From IMG/VR virus record IMGVR_UViG_3300042988_000357, positions 1-34,024 of that record: a DNA stretch of 34,024 nucleotides; one strand, written 5' to 3'. This document shows, one piece after another, positions 15,300 to 25,300 of the stretch. The notes below the pieces were generated by a model, which was not told the origin of the DNA, did no database searches, and was given only the letters and a program-made list of their open reading frames with translations. The position numbers were made by a program, and so were the translations under genes. Each line of letters begins with the position of its first letter. Within the stretch, counting starts at the first letter, position 1. This DNA is from a virus. Lineage: Duplodnaviria > Caudoviricetes.

Positions 15300-16229
15300 A
15301 TGTCTTCTAACACAATCAGCCCGTCAATCGATCAGGCAGCGCTGCTTACTTTCCGCGAAAATTTTTGGGAATTAGCCCAGCAATCCAAATCACGTCTCGG
15401 TGGTTCAAAAGCCGTTATGTATCTTCCTTCTCAGGGGAAGTCAAATAACATGAGCCGAATCGGACGCATTGAATTGACTCGCGTTGATTCTCGCAATCCG
15501 AAAAAGCAATTTACGAACTACAACCTCGATAACCGCCATTTCTCGAAGTATCGCGTGACTGCGACCGTTCAGATTGATGAAAAGCAAGACATCAATGAAT
15601 TGATCGCTGATCCGACCTCTTCGCTTTTGAGCGCTCTTATCGCGGCAAAAGAACGTGAAATCGATCGCGCTATCGCAAACGCAGCCGTTGGCTCCGTCTA
15701 TGTTGGTGCGCCCGATGAATCGCCGACCGAAGTAAGCGCAGCGACCGATGGAGTTGTAACCATTACCGCAACTGGCGGTCTTGATTATGCCGACATCACG
15801 ACCATCACTCAGAACTTCATCAACAACGATCTCGAAATGGAAGATTTCCGTGGCGCGATCATTGCTTTGACTGGAAAAGAAAACTCTGATTTGATGGCCA
15901 TCACGCAATTCACGAACAACGATTACATCGGCGCTAAACCCGTTGATGAATCCATGCAGAATAAACTCGGCATGTATGGCGTTGTTCTGTTTGCTGGTTC
16001 CGTAAACGGCGGCATCACGGTCACGAATCCCGTTCTTCCCGAAGGAACGACGACCCGCAGCTGCTTGGTGCTTGCGCCAGACGCGATTGCGGTTTCGATG
16101 GAGTTGGCACGTCTCGACGTCGAGAAATCGGCAGATCGCGTCAATTCAAAAGATGTGACGATTGACCTTTGGATCAATGCAATGCGCACCGAAGGCGTTC
16201 GCACTCAAATCGTAACCACAACGATCTAA
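15300..16229 (+). CDS. Major capsid protein
   Basis: AGGGAG RBS; LAQQ..SRL, D..D......DP.S, A..R..D..I..A pattern of BPP-1-like HK97-fold capsid proteins; position. Confidence 0.88.
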   Translation: MSSNTISPSIDQAALLTFRENFWELAQQSKSRLGGSKAVMYLPSQGKSNNMSRIGRIELTRVDSRNPKKQFTNYNLDNRHFSKYRVTATVQIDEKQDINELIADPTSSLLSALIAAKEREIDRAIANAAVGSVYVGAPDESPTEVSAATDGVVTITATGGLDYADITTITQNFINNDLEMEDFRGAIIALTGKENSDLMAITQFTNNDYIGAKPVDESMQNKLGMYGVVLFAGSVNGGITVTNPVLPEGTTTRSCLVLAPDAIAVSMELARLDVEKSADRVNSKDVTIDLWINAMRTEGVRTQIVTTTI

Positions 16230-16260
16230 TCGCCAATAGGCACAAGGAGCAAAGGAATTT

Positions 16261-16770
16261 ATGGCAACACGTCAAACTAGCGGTAAAATCGCAAAAGGAA
16301 ACGCCCCCCTTTATAATCAGGGCGAAGAAGTCAAAAAGGTTCGCGCTGTCGTTCCCGTAGCGGCTGCATGGGCTGATGCTGATGTTGTGATCTTGGCGTA
16401 CAATCTTTCGATTGACACGTTGATTTCTCGCATCAATCTCCCGAACGGAAGCCCTGGCATCACTGGCGCAACCGACTACGACATCGGCTTTCACAAAGCT
16501 GCTGGCGTTGACGGCCAAAGCCTCGGTGCAGTTCTCGACAAAGATGTTCTCGTTGACGGAGTTGATTTTAGCTCTGCGCGTACATCGGCGATCGATATTC
16601 TTGGGCTTAACATCGCGAGCTTCGACAAGGAAGCAACGATCGGAGATCTTCTTGGTCTCACAAGCGAAACTGCTCCCGCTGGTGGCGTTCATTTGACGAT
16701 GACGCTCAACACCGCAGGTTCAGCCGCAGGTGATATTGACCTTGAAATCGAAATGGTCAAGGCTCAGTAA
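16261..16770 (+). CDS. Capsid cement/decoration protein (Bbp16-like)
   Basis: Small Ala/Gly/Thr-rich beta protein directly after the MCP and before a terminator. Confidence 0.6.
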   Translation: MATRQTSGKIAKGNAPLYNQGEEVKKVRAVVPVAAAWADADVVILAYNLSIDTLISRINLPNGSPGITGATDYDIGFHKAAGVDGQSLGAVLDKDVLVDGVDFSSARTSAIDILGLNIASFDKEATIGDLLGLTSETAPAGGVHLTMTLNTAGSAAGDIDLEIEMVKAQ

Positions 16771-16797
16771 TCGTTTTTTTGGACAACCAGAAAACAT

Positions 16798-16838
16798 AAA
16801 AGACGGGAGAGCCTAAAAAACTCTCCCGTCTTTTTTTT
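16798..16838 (+). terminator. Rho-independent terminator (possibly bidirectional)
   Basis: AAAAGACGGGAGAG-cctaaaaaa-CTCTCCCGTC-T8. Confidence 0.92.
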
Positions 16839-16848
16839 GAAAGACAAT

Positions 16849-17082
16849 ATGAAAATTGAAACTGTTTTGTATAAGACGACCGATCTTTATCTTGCGGCAT
16901 TTTTAAGAGTTCGGAAATGGTTTGTGCGTCTCGAGCGCGATGGAAGTAAATGCACTTTCGCTTTCGTTGACGATCCAGATTTGCAAAAAGATATTTTGGC
17001 GTATTTTAATGATGGCGACGTTGGGGCTATCAGCTTCAAGAATGAGTTGCAAAATTTAAAAACGCTGATGTATAACACCTAA
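16849..17082 (+). CDS. DUF5659-like small protein
   Basis: Y.T.DLYLAAFL...F.F...L......YFN....V....F......LK pattern. Confidence 0.6.
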   Translation: MKIETVLYKTTDLYLAAFLRVRKWFVRLERDGSKCTFAFVDDPDLQKDILAYFNDGDVGAISFKNELQNLKTLMYNT

Positions 17083-17096
17083 TCCTTGGGGGGTTC

Positions 17097-17726
17097 ATGT
17101 CCACGAAAGTTGTAATGTGTAACCTGGCACTGAGCCGCCTTGGAAATTACGGCAGCATCGAGAACATCGATACCCCGACAAAGCCAGCCGAAGTTGTTTT
17201 TGCGAAGTGGTGGGACGCTGCGCGGCGCATGGCCTTAAAAGAAATGATCCCAAACTTTGCGCTTGATCGAAGAATTCTCGCGCCTGATGCTGTCGCGCCC
17301 GCCTTTGGTTACGGCAAGAGATTTGAATATCCATCCGATTGCGTCCGAGTTCTTGGTTTTGGCGAGATCCAAAATAAAAAGAATTCTTACTCGATTGAGG
17401 GGAATTGGATCTTAACGGATGATTACGACGAAGACGCAGAAGATGGATCGGTGAGTCTTCCTATCCGTTTTGTGAAAGATGAAACTGACGTCACGAAATA
17501 CACCCCAGAATTCATCGATGCTCTTTCGTGGTTCCTTGCCTATACTGTGAACATGGAAATCACTCAAGACGCCGACAAGCAAGTTTACCTCGAGAAGATT
17601 ATCAATTCAAAGAAGGCGGTATCGAGCGCGATAAACTCTCAAGAGAATATGCCTATCCGATTGAACAACAGCAAATTTAAGGCAGCGCGGCAGACGCATA
17701 ATCCACAATTTAACGAGAAAAAATAA
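17097..17726 (+). CDS. Tail adaptor / tail tubular protein A (T7 gp11-like)
   Basis: CNLALSRLG...I, R...L.....FA, FGY...F..PSDC.RV, F..AL...LA motifs. Confidence 0.85.
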   Translation: MSTKVVMCNLALSRLGNYGSIENIDTPTKPAEVVFAKWWDAARRMALKEMIPNFALDRRILAPDAVAPAFGYGKRFEYPSDCVRVLGFGEIQNKKNSYSIEGNWILTDDYDEDAEDGSVSLPIRFVKDETDVTKYTPEFIDALSWFLAYTVNMEITQDADKQVYLEKIINSKKAVSSAINSQENMPIRLNNSKFKAARQTHNPQFNEKK

Positions 17727-19768
17727 TGTCGGCCAAGATCCATACGGCATTCAATAACTTCTCGCGGGGCGTTGCCGACCATGATTTAAACGGCCGCTAC
17801 GATCTTCCGATTTATCAGACATCTTCTGAAATCTTTCAGAATTTCTACGGCAATTTCAAGGGGAACGCGCTCTTCCGCTGCGGCTTTGAGATTATGACGG
17901 CGCTTTATGATTGCGCGACGATCGAGTTCAAGTTTAATAAAGCGCAGTCTTATATCTGCGTTTTTTATAATTTGAAGGTTAAATTCCTGACTTACGATGC
18001 GAATGGCGTATTTGGGTTTGTTGAGACAAGTCCAGGCGTTGATCTTGAAGTTACGACTCCGTACTCTTTGGCCGAGAGCAAAGAACTCGACTGGGCGCAG
18101 AATGCCGACGTGATGTATTTGACGCATCCGTCCCATGCTCCAAGAAAGCTGACTCGAACAAGCGCAACAAATTTCACGGTTGCGACATTCTCCCGAACCG
18201 CCGATCCTTTCACTGGCGCTGGTGATTATCCATCGCTATGCGCTTTTTATGGCGGGTTTTTGTATTATGCCGCGACGAATGATGAATCAACGACAATCTG
18301 GCGATCAAACGGGGCAGATTATGACAATCTCACGACTGGGACGGCTGATGATGACGGGTTGAAATTTGCCATCGCGGAATTGACCGAGAAACTTTTGTGG
18401 CTCAAGGGCGGGAATAAATCGCTGATTGGTGGGTCTTCGCAGGGGCTTGTCACAATTAACGGCGGCCAGGCTGGTGATCCGATTACTCCATCGACTGTCA
18501 GCGCGTTCATCACAAACACCGACGGAGCGAGTTCGGCGAAGCCGCTCAGAAAAGAAGATTTGCTTTTTTATGTGAACAACGATCAGCGCAGCCTGAAATA
18601 TTTCAATTATGATATTTTGACCGAATCGTTCAAGACTCACGATGCCAGCGTAATAAGTCACGACATCGGGCAAGGAAAGTTCAAACGCATTATTTACAAG
18701 CAAGACCGAAATGATTTGATTTGGATTTTGAAAGAGAATGGGAAGATGTGCGCTCTCAATTTCAACGAGCGCGAAAAGATTGTAGGCTGGGGAGAACACG
18801 TCAGCGAGGCGCTCTTTAAAGATATTTGCTCGATTACGAACAATGAAGGGATCGAGCAGCTATTTGCTTTGGTTCTTTATTCGTCCGATTATTATCTGGT
18901 GCGCATGGCCGAGCAGCCTGAGTTTTCGCTGCGTGAAAATTTCTTTACTGGCGTCAACAATGAAATTGAAGATGACGTCGCGTTCAATAAATACACCGCT
19001 GAGACGTTGAAGAGCTGCAATTATCTTGATTTGAGCCAGCAGATTAAAAATGAATACACGTCAACGATCACTTACACTGGCACGACAACCGTTGGATCGA
19101 CTGGCACGATTGTTTCTGGCGCGTCAGATTTCAGCGCGGGCGATGTCGGAAAATTCATTTGGTATAAAACCGCGACTGGCCGCGAGTGGGGTATTTTTGA
19201 AATCACCGCGTACACAAGCGCGACGACGGTATCTGTCACGGTAAAGCAGACGCCTACCGCGAGCAGCTATTCGAGCTGGTATAAAACTTTCACGACGATT
19301 ACTGGGTTGACTGCGTTTGCTGGTGATACGATGTCGGTTGTTGCCGATGGTGGGTATCTTGGTGATTTTGTGGTTAGCGGCGGCGGCGAGATCTCTTTAG
19401 GAAAGCCAGTGACAAGCGCGTGGGTTGGGTTTGGATACGAAGGGCTGATTAAGAGTTTCAATCTTGGGTTCCAGCTGCAAGGGCTTAACACTCAGGTTAC
19501 TGTCAAGAACATGAATCGAGTCGGCCTCAGAATGGTGAATTCAGCTGGTGGAAAAATTGGAACTTCGCTTTATCGGATGGTTGATGTCCAAGAATTTAAA
19601 ACCGCAGGTTTCTTTGATTTGCCGCCACTTCCTATGGATGGAGACGTCTTTACGCCGTACAATGATGACTTCAATCGAACGAAGAGTCTTTATATCAAGC
19701 AAGACAAGCCGCTTCCGTTTAATATTTCGGCCGTCGTTGCAGAGGTGAATTATGGAACTAAGCCTTAG
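17726..19768 (+). CDS. Tail nozzle / tail tubular protein B (T7 gp12-like)
   Basis: NNFS.G...L.GR.D, Q.ADVMY..HP...P..L.R, GW..H, Q..PLP..I motifs; TAATG-coupled to the adaptor. Confidence 0.88.
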   Translation: MSAKIHTAFNNFSRGVADHDLNGRYDLPIYQTSSEIFQNFYGNFKGNALFRCGFEIMTALYDCATIEFKFNKAQSYICVFYNLKVKFLTYDANGVFGFVETSPGVDLEVTTPYSLAESKELDWAQNADVMYLTHPSHAPRKLTRTSATNFTVATFSRTADPFTGAGDYPSLCAFYGGFLYYAATNDESTTIWRSNGADYDNLTTGTADDDGLKFAIAELTEKLLWLKGGNKSLIGGSSQGLVTINGGQAGDPITPSTVSAFITNTDGASSAKPLRKEDLLFYVNNDQRSLKYFNYDILTESFKTHDASVISHDIGQGKFKRIIYKQDRNDLIWILKENGKMCALNFNEREKIVGWGEHVSEALFKDICSITNNEGIEQLFALVLYSSDYYLVRMAEQPEFSLRENFFTGVNNEIEDDVAFNKYTAETLKSCNYLDLSQQIKNEYTSTITYTGTTTVGSTGTIVSGASDFSAGDVGKFIWYKTATGREWGIFEITAYTSATTVSVTVKQTPTASSYSSWYKTFTTITGLTAFAGDTMSVVADGGYLGDFVVSGGGEISLGKPVTSAWVGFGYEGLIKSFNLGFQLQGLNTQVTVKNMNRVGLRMVNSAGGKIGTSLYRMVDVQEFKTAGFFDLPPLPMDGDVFTPYNDDFNRTKSLYIKQDKPLPFNISAVVAEVNYGTKP

Positions 19769-20210
19769 ACTGCCGAGCGAAATAGCGCGGGAAGACATTC
19801 GCCCTTTTATTTTGCGCATGGAGCATGCCATTATGAATCATCCCCAGTCAAAGAATGGGGCTGAGTTAAAGAGCTTTATCCAGGTGAAGCACCGATTTTC
19901 GGATGGCCAATATTTGCGCGAGTGTCCAATTCCGAAAGGGCAAGTCGTGATCGGAATGATACATCGGCACGATCATCCCGTTTTTTTATTGAAGGGGAGC
20001 GCCAGGGTTTTGACCGAGACTGGAGGCATTGAAGAGCTTGTCGCGCCGTATTATGGAATTTCACCAGCTGGGACAAAGCGGTTTTTGATGACACATGAGG
20101 ACACAGTTTGGGTGACTACGCATGCAAACCCAGATAATTGCAGGGATATTGACGTTTTAGAAAAAAGACTTGTGGCCGAGACTTATGGCCAATTAGCGGA
20201 GGCAGTATGA
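19752..20210 (+). CDS. Cupin-fold protein
   Basis: H.F.DG.Y.RE..IPKG....G.IH.H.H...LLKG; PAGTKR....HEDT.W.T.H. Confidence 0.8.
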   Translation: MELSLRLPSEIAREDIRPFILRMEHAIMNHPQSKNGAELKSFIQVKHRFSDGQYLRECPIPKGQVVIGMIHRHDHPVFLLKGSARVLTETGGIEELVAPYYGISPAGTKRFLMTHEDTVWVTTHANPDNCRDIDVLEKRLVAETYGQLAEAV

Positions 20211-20809
20211 GTTTTGCATGGACAGCGATCGGGGTTGCCATTGTCGGCGCGGCGACGTCGATTAGTCTTGGGATGGCAAGCGCATCCAACCAGAGAAAGG
20301 CGGCGCGTAAGCAGCTTGAAGCCACCGCCATGCAGACAAAAGTTAAGGCCGATGAACGAATCAAGCAGATTCGGCGGCTTGCATCCCAGCAGAAATCGTC
20401 TTTCCTGGCCTCTGGGATCTCTTTAACTGGCGACGGCACACCTGATGCCATTATCTCAGAAACCTATGACGTGGGCATGGCAGACGTTGAAAACATCAAG
20501 AAATTTGGGTCTGTCCAAGGAGAGAACATTTCCGCGACGGCGCGGGCGCAAATGCTTTCGACTTATGGGCAAATGGCAAGCGATGTGAGCAGCTATGCTT
20601 CAATGGGCATGAATGGCGCTGGCAGCCTTAAAGCAACGGGATCTGTCGCAGAACTAGGCGGCGGCCTTGAAGGTATGGGAGACTCTTATGGGGGTCTTGA
20701 AGGAATGGGGTCTGGCTCGGCATTTGGCGGGGCTGGGGCTGATTTTGGCGGCGGCAGCACAAGTCCGTTTAATAATTTTCAACCTTCCGCTGGATTTGGG
20801 GGAATTTAA
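20207..20809 (+). CDS. Ejection protein (T7 gp14-like)
   Basis: Hydrophobic Ala/Gly N-terminus, Q.S.F.ASG....GTP motif, Gly-rich tail with GGLEGMG twice. Confidence 0.75.
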   Translation: MSFAWTAIGVAIVGAATSISLGMASASNQRKAARKQLEATAMQTKVKADERIKQIRRLASQQKSSFLASGISLTGDGTPDAIISETYDVGMADVENIKKFGSVQGENISATARAQMLSTYGQMASDVSSYASMGMNGAGSLKATGSVAELGGGLEGMGDSYGGLEGMGSGSAFGGAGADFGGGSTSPFNNFQPSAGFGGI

Positions 20810-20811
20810 TC

Positions 20812-22362
20812 ATGGTTCAACGTCGTTTAGCTGAAAGAGAATATACCGATGTTGCCATGCCGACAAACCAAGGCAATGCTGCGGCTGCGCTCATGCCCGC
20901 TGCGGCAAAGATAAGCGGCAATGTTTTTGAGCTGGTTCAGGCGCGGGATCGCATGAACATGAATAATATGCTCTCGGATGCAAACACCGAAATGGCGCAG
21001 CTGACGGCAAAATGGCAGACCGAGAACGCGAGCAATCCTTTTGATCCGCAGGCCGCTGAGAAACTGAAAGCGGGATACGCTGAGATTTTTAATAAATATG
21101 GCGGGAAAGTTTCTGTCGCGAGCCGAGGTGATTGGGGCGAAGCGCAGGGCAAAATGACTAGCCAGTATATCCAGAGCAATCTGCGCTGGGGGGCTGGGCA
21201 AGCGATCAAGAACGCTGAATCAAGCGTCAATATGAGTTTCGTCAAGGGAAATCAATTTGCCTATGACAGCGGCGCGGGCGGTACTGACGTCGGTCTTGTG
21301 AATGGAAACTTTGCGACTCGAGCGGATATGGTTCGCAAAAGCCTCAAAACTGTTGGCCAGTCAGACCAGCAGATCGAAGAGACGCTCGCAAATCATAAAT
21401 CAGATTACATGAAAAGCTATGTGACTGGCGCAATTTTTCGCAATCCAGTGAAGGGCGCGGAGCTTCTAAACGACAAAGACGTTGTGAATGACATCGGAAG
21501 CCCAGAAGCAATTCTCGCGCTCAAGGATTATTCCAAGAAGCGCGTTGCTCAAATGAATGAAGAGCAGTCTTGGCAGATCGAAGATACAAGCAGCCAGGCG
21601 GTTCGGGAGTACGTTTTAAAGCCAGACGTTTCGTTTGCTCAGGGCATGGCCTATATCGAGGATCAGTATCTTGCTGGAAATCTTGGGGCTGGGTCTGGGA
21701 TGAAAGAAGCGCTTGAAAGAAACCTTAAAAGCGCGAAGGCGGTTGATGCCAAGACTAATGAAAAGGTTCTGACTGATTTGCTGATGCAGGTGTCTGATGC
21801 GCAAAATGCCGTGGATGGAGACAAGCTAAAGCCGAAAGGCGCGGCTGAGTTTCTGACTAAGATCGGAGAGATCAGGCAGAAAGCGGTAAATTATAATTCT
21901 GACGGAACTTTATGGCGCGGGGATCTTGAGAAGATTGAAAGCGAGATTACTCAGTCGGCCAGCGCAAAAAAGAAATTGTCCGATACGACTCAGGTGCTTT
22001 CAAAAGAGGGCGGCTGGGGCGCAATGTTTACTTACAAAGACGCTTATACCCAGAATAAATATTTTGGAAGTCTTCCAGCATCAGAGCGCGACGGGGCATT
22101 GAGAGATTATTTTTATGCCGTCAAAGCGAAGGAAGCCGATGGCGCAAGACTGAGCAATAAAGACAGAAAAAACATCGCGCTAGAGGTTCGGCAAAATCGC
22201 GCTTCTGACTTTTTATCAAAGACGAATGCGACGCTTCAAGAGAAAAACAAAAAGACCACTGAGAAGATGAAAGAATACGATAGCTTCAAGGCCGCGAAGG
22301 AAGCGAAGCTCAAGAAGGGAACTCTCATTAAAGTGAACGGTGTAGTTTATGAGGCGCCATAA
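20812..22362 (+). CDS. Ejection protein (T7 gp15 position)
   Basis: 516-aa helical protein between the gp14-like gene and the giant gene; call from synteny. Confidence 0.6.
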   Translation: MVQRRLAEREYTDVAMPTNQGNAAAALMPAAAKISGNVFELVQARDRMNMNNMLSDANTEMAQLTAKWQTENASNPFDPQAAEKLKAGYAEIFNKYGGKVSVASRGDWGEAQGKMTSQYIQSNLRWGAGQAIKNAESSVNMSFVKGNQFAYDSGAGGTDVGLVNGNFATRADMVRKSLKTVGQSDQQIEETLANHKSDYMKSYVTGAIFRNPVKGAELLNDKDVVNDIGSPEAILALKDYSKKRVAQMNEEQSWQIEDTSSQAVREYVLKPDVSFAQGMAYIEDQYLAGNLGAGSGMKEALERNLKSAKAVDAKTNEKVLTDLLMQVSDAQNAVDGDKLKPKGAAEFLTKIGEIRQKAVNYNSDGTLWRGDLEKIESEITQSASAKKKLSDTTQVLSKEGGWGAMFTYKDAYTQNKYFGSLPASERDGALRDYFYAVKAKEADGARLSNKDRKNIALEVRQNRASDFLSKTNATLQEKNKKTTEKMKEYDSFKAAKEAKLKKGTLIKVNGVVYEAP

Positions 22363-25300
22363 TGGATGACACGTTAGGATTTAAAGCTGTCGAATCCGAG
22401 GACACTGGTGGGTTTAAGCGCGTTGATGACACAGAAGGATTCACGGCCGTTCAGGAACCAAGTTTTGATGGTTCGCATTTATACGACAAAAAACTAAGCG
22501 ATGACGCTGGGTTCCTGACAAGGCTTGGGAATTTTACGAAATCGTTTGCCATGTCGCCGATTAGTATGGGCGTCGGCGCGGGGAAGACTATCGGCCAAAG
22601 CCAGCAGGCAAAAGGTGTTGCGCAGGGATTTCTTGGAGTTGCGAAAAGCACGTCTGGCCTCGCGGTTGTTGCGGGCGAGAATTTAAAAGAAACGCCAGAG
22701 GCGGGCATTGCCAATCCATTTATGGCGATGGCATCAAAAATGTTTTTGACCGAAGAGCGCAAAGCCGAGCTGAAAGAGCTTGGGTACGAAGATCCAGTGC
22801 TTAGGCAGATCGAGAGCTTGGGAGATCGGCTGGTTGAATTCGGAGACGCGGGTTCAAAGTTTTTCGGAGATCTTCAACAACACGAATCAATCAAACTCGA
22901 TCCAAAGATCTTCGCTGGCGATTTTCTTGATAATCCATCATGGACGCGGGCGACAACGGTAATCGCGCAAGCAATTCCATCGCTCGCTGCTGCGTTTGCG
23001 GTATCTGCATCCACTGGAAATCCATTGCTGGGAGCGTCATATCTTGGGCTAATTGATGCCGAATCGACCTACGACCAGGCGCGTAAGGCTGGGCTTCCAC
23101 AAAGCAAGAGGAATGCGCTTTTTGCCGCTAATGCGGCAGGTTCGACTGCGCTTGAATACATTCCGCTTAAAGGAATGTTGAAGGGTATGAGCGCCAGCAG
23201 AATCGGGAACGTGGTAGCTGGGTTGGTTATGGAAGGCGGCCAAGAAGGAGCGCAGCAGCTCTGGCAGAATTTGATTGTGAAATATGGAATTGATAAAACT
23301 CGCGGGCTTTTCGACGGAGTGGTTGAATCGCTTATCGCGGGAGCTGGAAGCGGCGCGGTGATTAGTTCCGTTTCACCATTGAAGAAAGATACGGCGAAAG
23401 GATTTGAGCCAGACGAAATTGATGCCGCGATCGGCACAGTAAGCGACGCGATGGTTCAGAATGGTAGCGAGCTGGACAAAATGATTGCCGAGGGAATACA
23501 GAATACAAATGAAGTTTTGGATCAAGAAGAGATCGAAATAAATGCGGCTCAGGAGCTTGCGGCCAAGAAAGCCGAAGAGTTGCCAGAGAAGGTTGGATCG
23601 ATCAGAACAAAGCTGGTGCTGCCAAAGACAATGGGCGGGCTTGGACTGAGCGACGAAGACGCCGATGCACAAATTAAACTATTCATGGCTGGCGCGAAAG
23701 TATTCAGCGGGAAGCAAGGCGAGGATCTTGACACATGGCTGAACCGCGTGAACCCGTCGCTTGAAGTTGGCGGCGAGCGCGTCAGCGGGGATGATGTTTT
23801 GAATCAATCTGAGCCGTTAGTCAAAACCGACACGCCTGAGTTTAAGAATTGGTTTAGTGAGTCGAAAGTCGTTGATAAGAGCGGCAAGCCGTTGGTTGTT
23901 AGTCATGGCGGTATTAAGGCAGGGGAAATAGAGATTTTTAATTCCGATACGGCGGGAGATACGACTGGCAACAATTCTCACGGAGCATTTCACTTTTCAG
24001 ACAGCAAGCAAGTTGCAGATGATTATAGCCGACAAGCATTTAATCGCAGATACCAAGACGATCCAGAGGGATTAGTCATTGATGGCTATGTTAAAAAGCT
24101 GCCAAAATTCAAAGGCTATGAAGACCAGTACGCTTTTGTTGAAGAATTGGCAGAGAAGCAAATATCTCGATCTGATGTTTATCTGAAAATCGAAAACCCT
24201 ATTATTGAGCGCAAATTTGAGGGTGGCAGAATAGATGTTCTTTATATAGAGCGGCTTACAAACTTCGCAAAGAACGGAGTGGATGAGAATGGCGAGTTTG
24301 AGGATTATTACGAGCAGGTTCAAGGTAAATATAATGAGGAAACAGAAGAATACGATGAGCCTCAAAAGCCAGTTGACGGAATTATAATAAAAGATGCGGT
24401 TGACGATATTGGGGAAATGTCGAGGATTGCCGCAGATCAGTTTATTGTTTTCAGCCCAGAGCAAATCAAATCCGCAATCGGAAATCGCGGCACATTTGAC
24501 TCAGGCAGCCCAAACATTTTATTTCAAGGCGAAATCGCAAAGATGGGATTTTTCTCAAAGCTGCAATCCGTGATCGAGGAAAAAATGGGCGGCAGCGCAA
24601 CGATCGCGCAGCTGAAGGGTATGATCGTCGCGGCTGGCGTGAAGCAAGATGAAATCGACAGCTCGCGGATCATGGAGTTTTTTGAAGGGAAGGAAAAAGT
24701 TTCAAAGCGCGAAGTTCTGGATTGGGTAATGGAAAACCAGATCCAGATCGATGAGGTGACGAAGGGCGGCGGTGTCAGACGCGCAGACCTTGGAATTGTT
24801 GAAAATGAAGATGGCTCAGAAACTTTGGTAGATCGATCTTCTGGAAAAGATAGAGAGATTTTTACTGGGTCGTCTGCCGATGTTTCAAATAAAATAAAAC
24901 AGGTTGCAGCAGAAACAAAATTCGAAAAATACACCGAGGACGGCGGCGAGAATTACCGCGAGGTTTTGCTGACGCTGCCTGAAAGAAACAAACTTATTTA
25001 CACCGAAGAGAATGTTGTTCCTTTGATGGATCATCAATATTTGAACGACCATGATCGTTTTTGGTATTTCAAGACGCCTGACAACACGCTTCAGATTTTG
25101 AAGTCTAAATATCCAAGCCAAAAAGATGCGCTTGATTATGTCATAAGAGAAAAGCAGCCCACCGCGTCACCTAAAGACAATTACAAGGGGAGTCATTTTG
25201 ACGAAAAAAATATCGTCGCCCACTTCCGTCTGAACGACCGCAAAACCGAAAAAGGCAAGACGCTGTTCATTGAGGAAATTCAGTCAGATTGGCACCAGGC

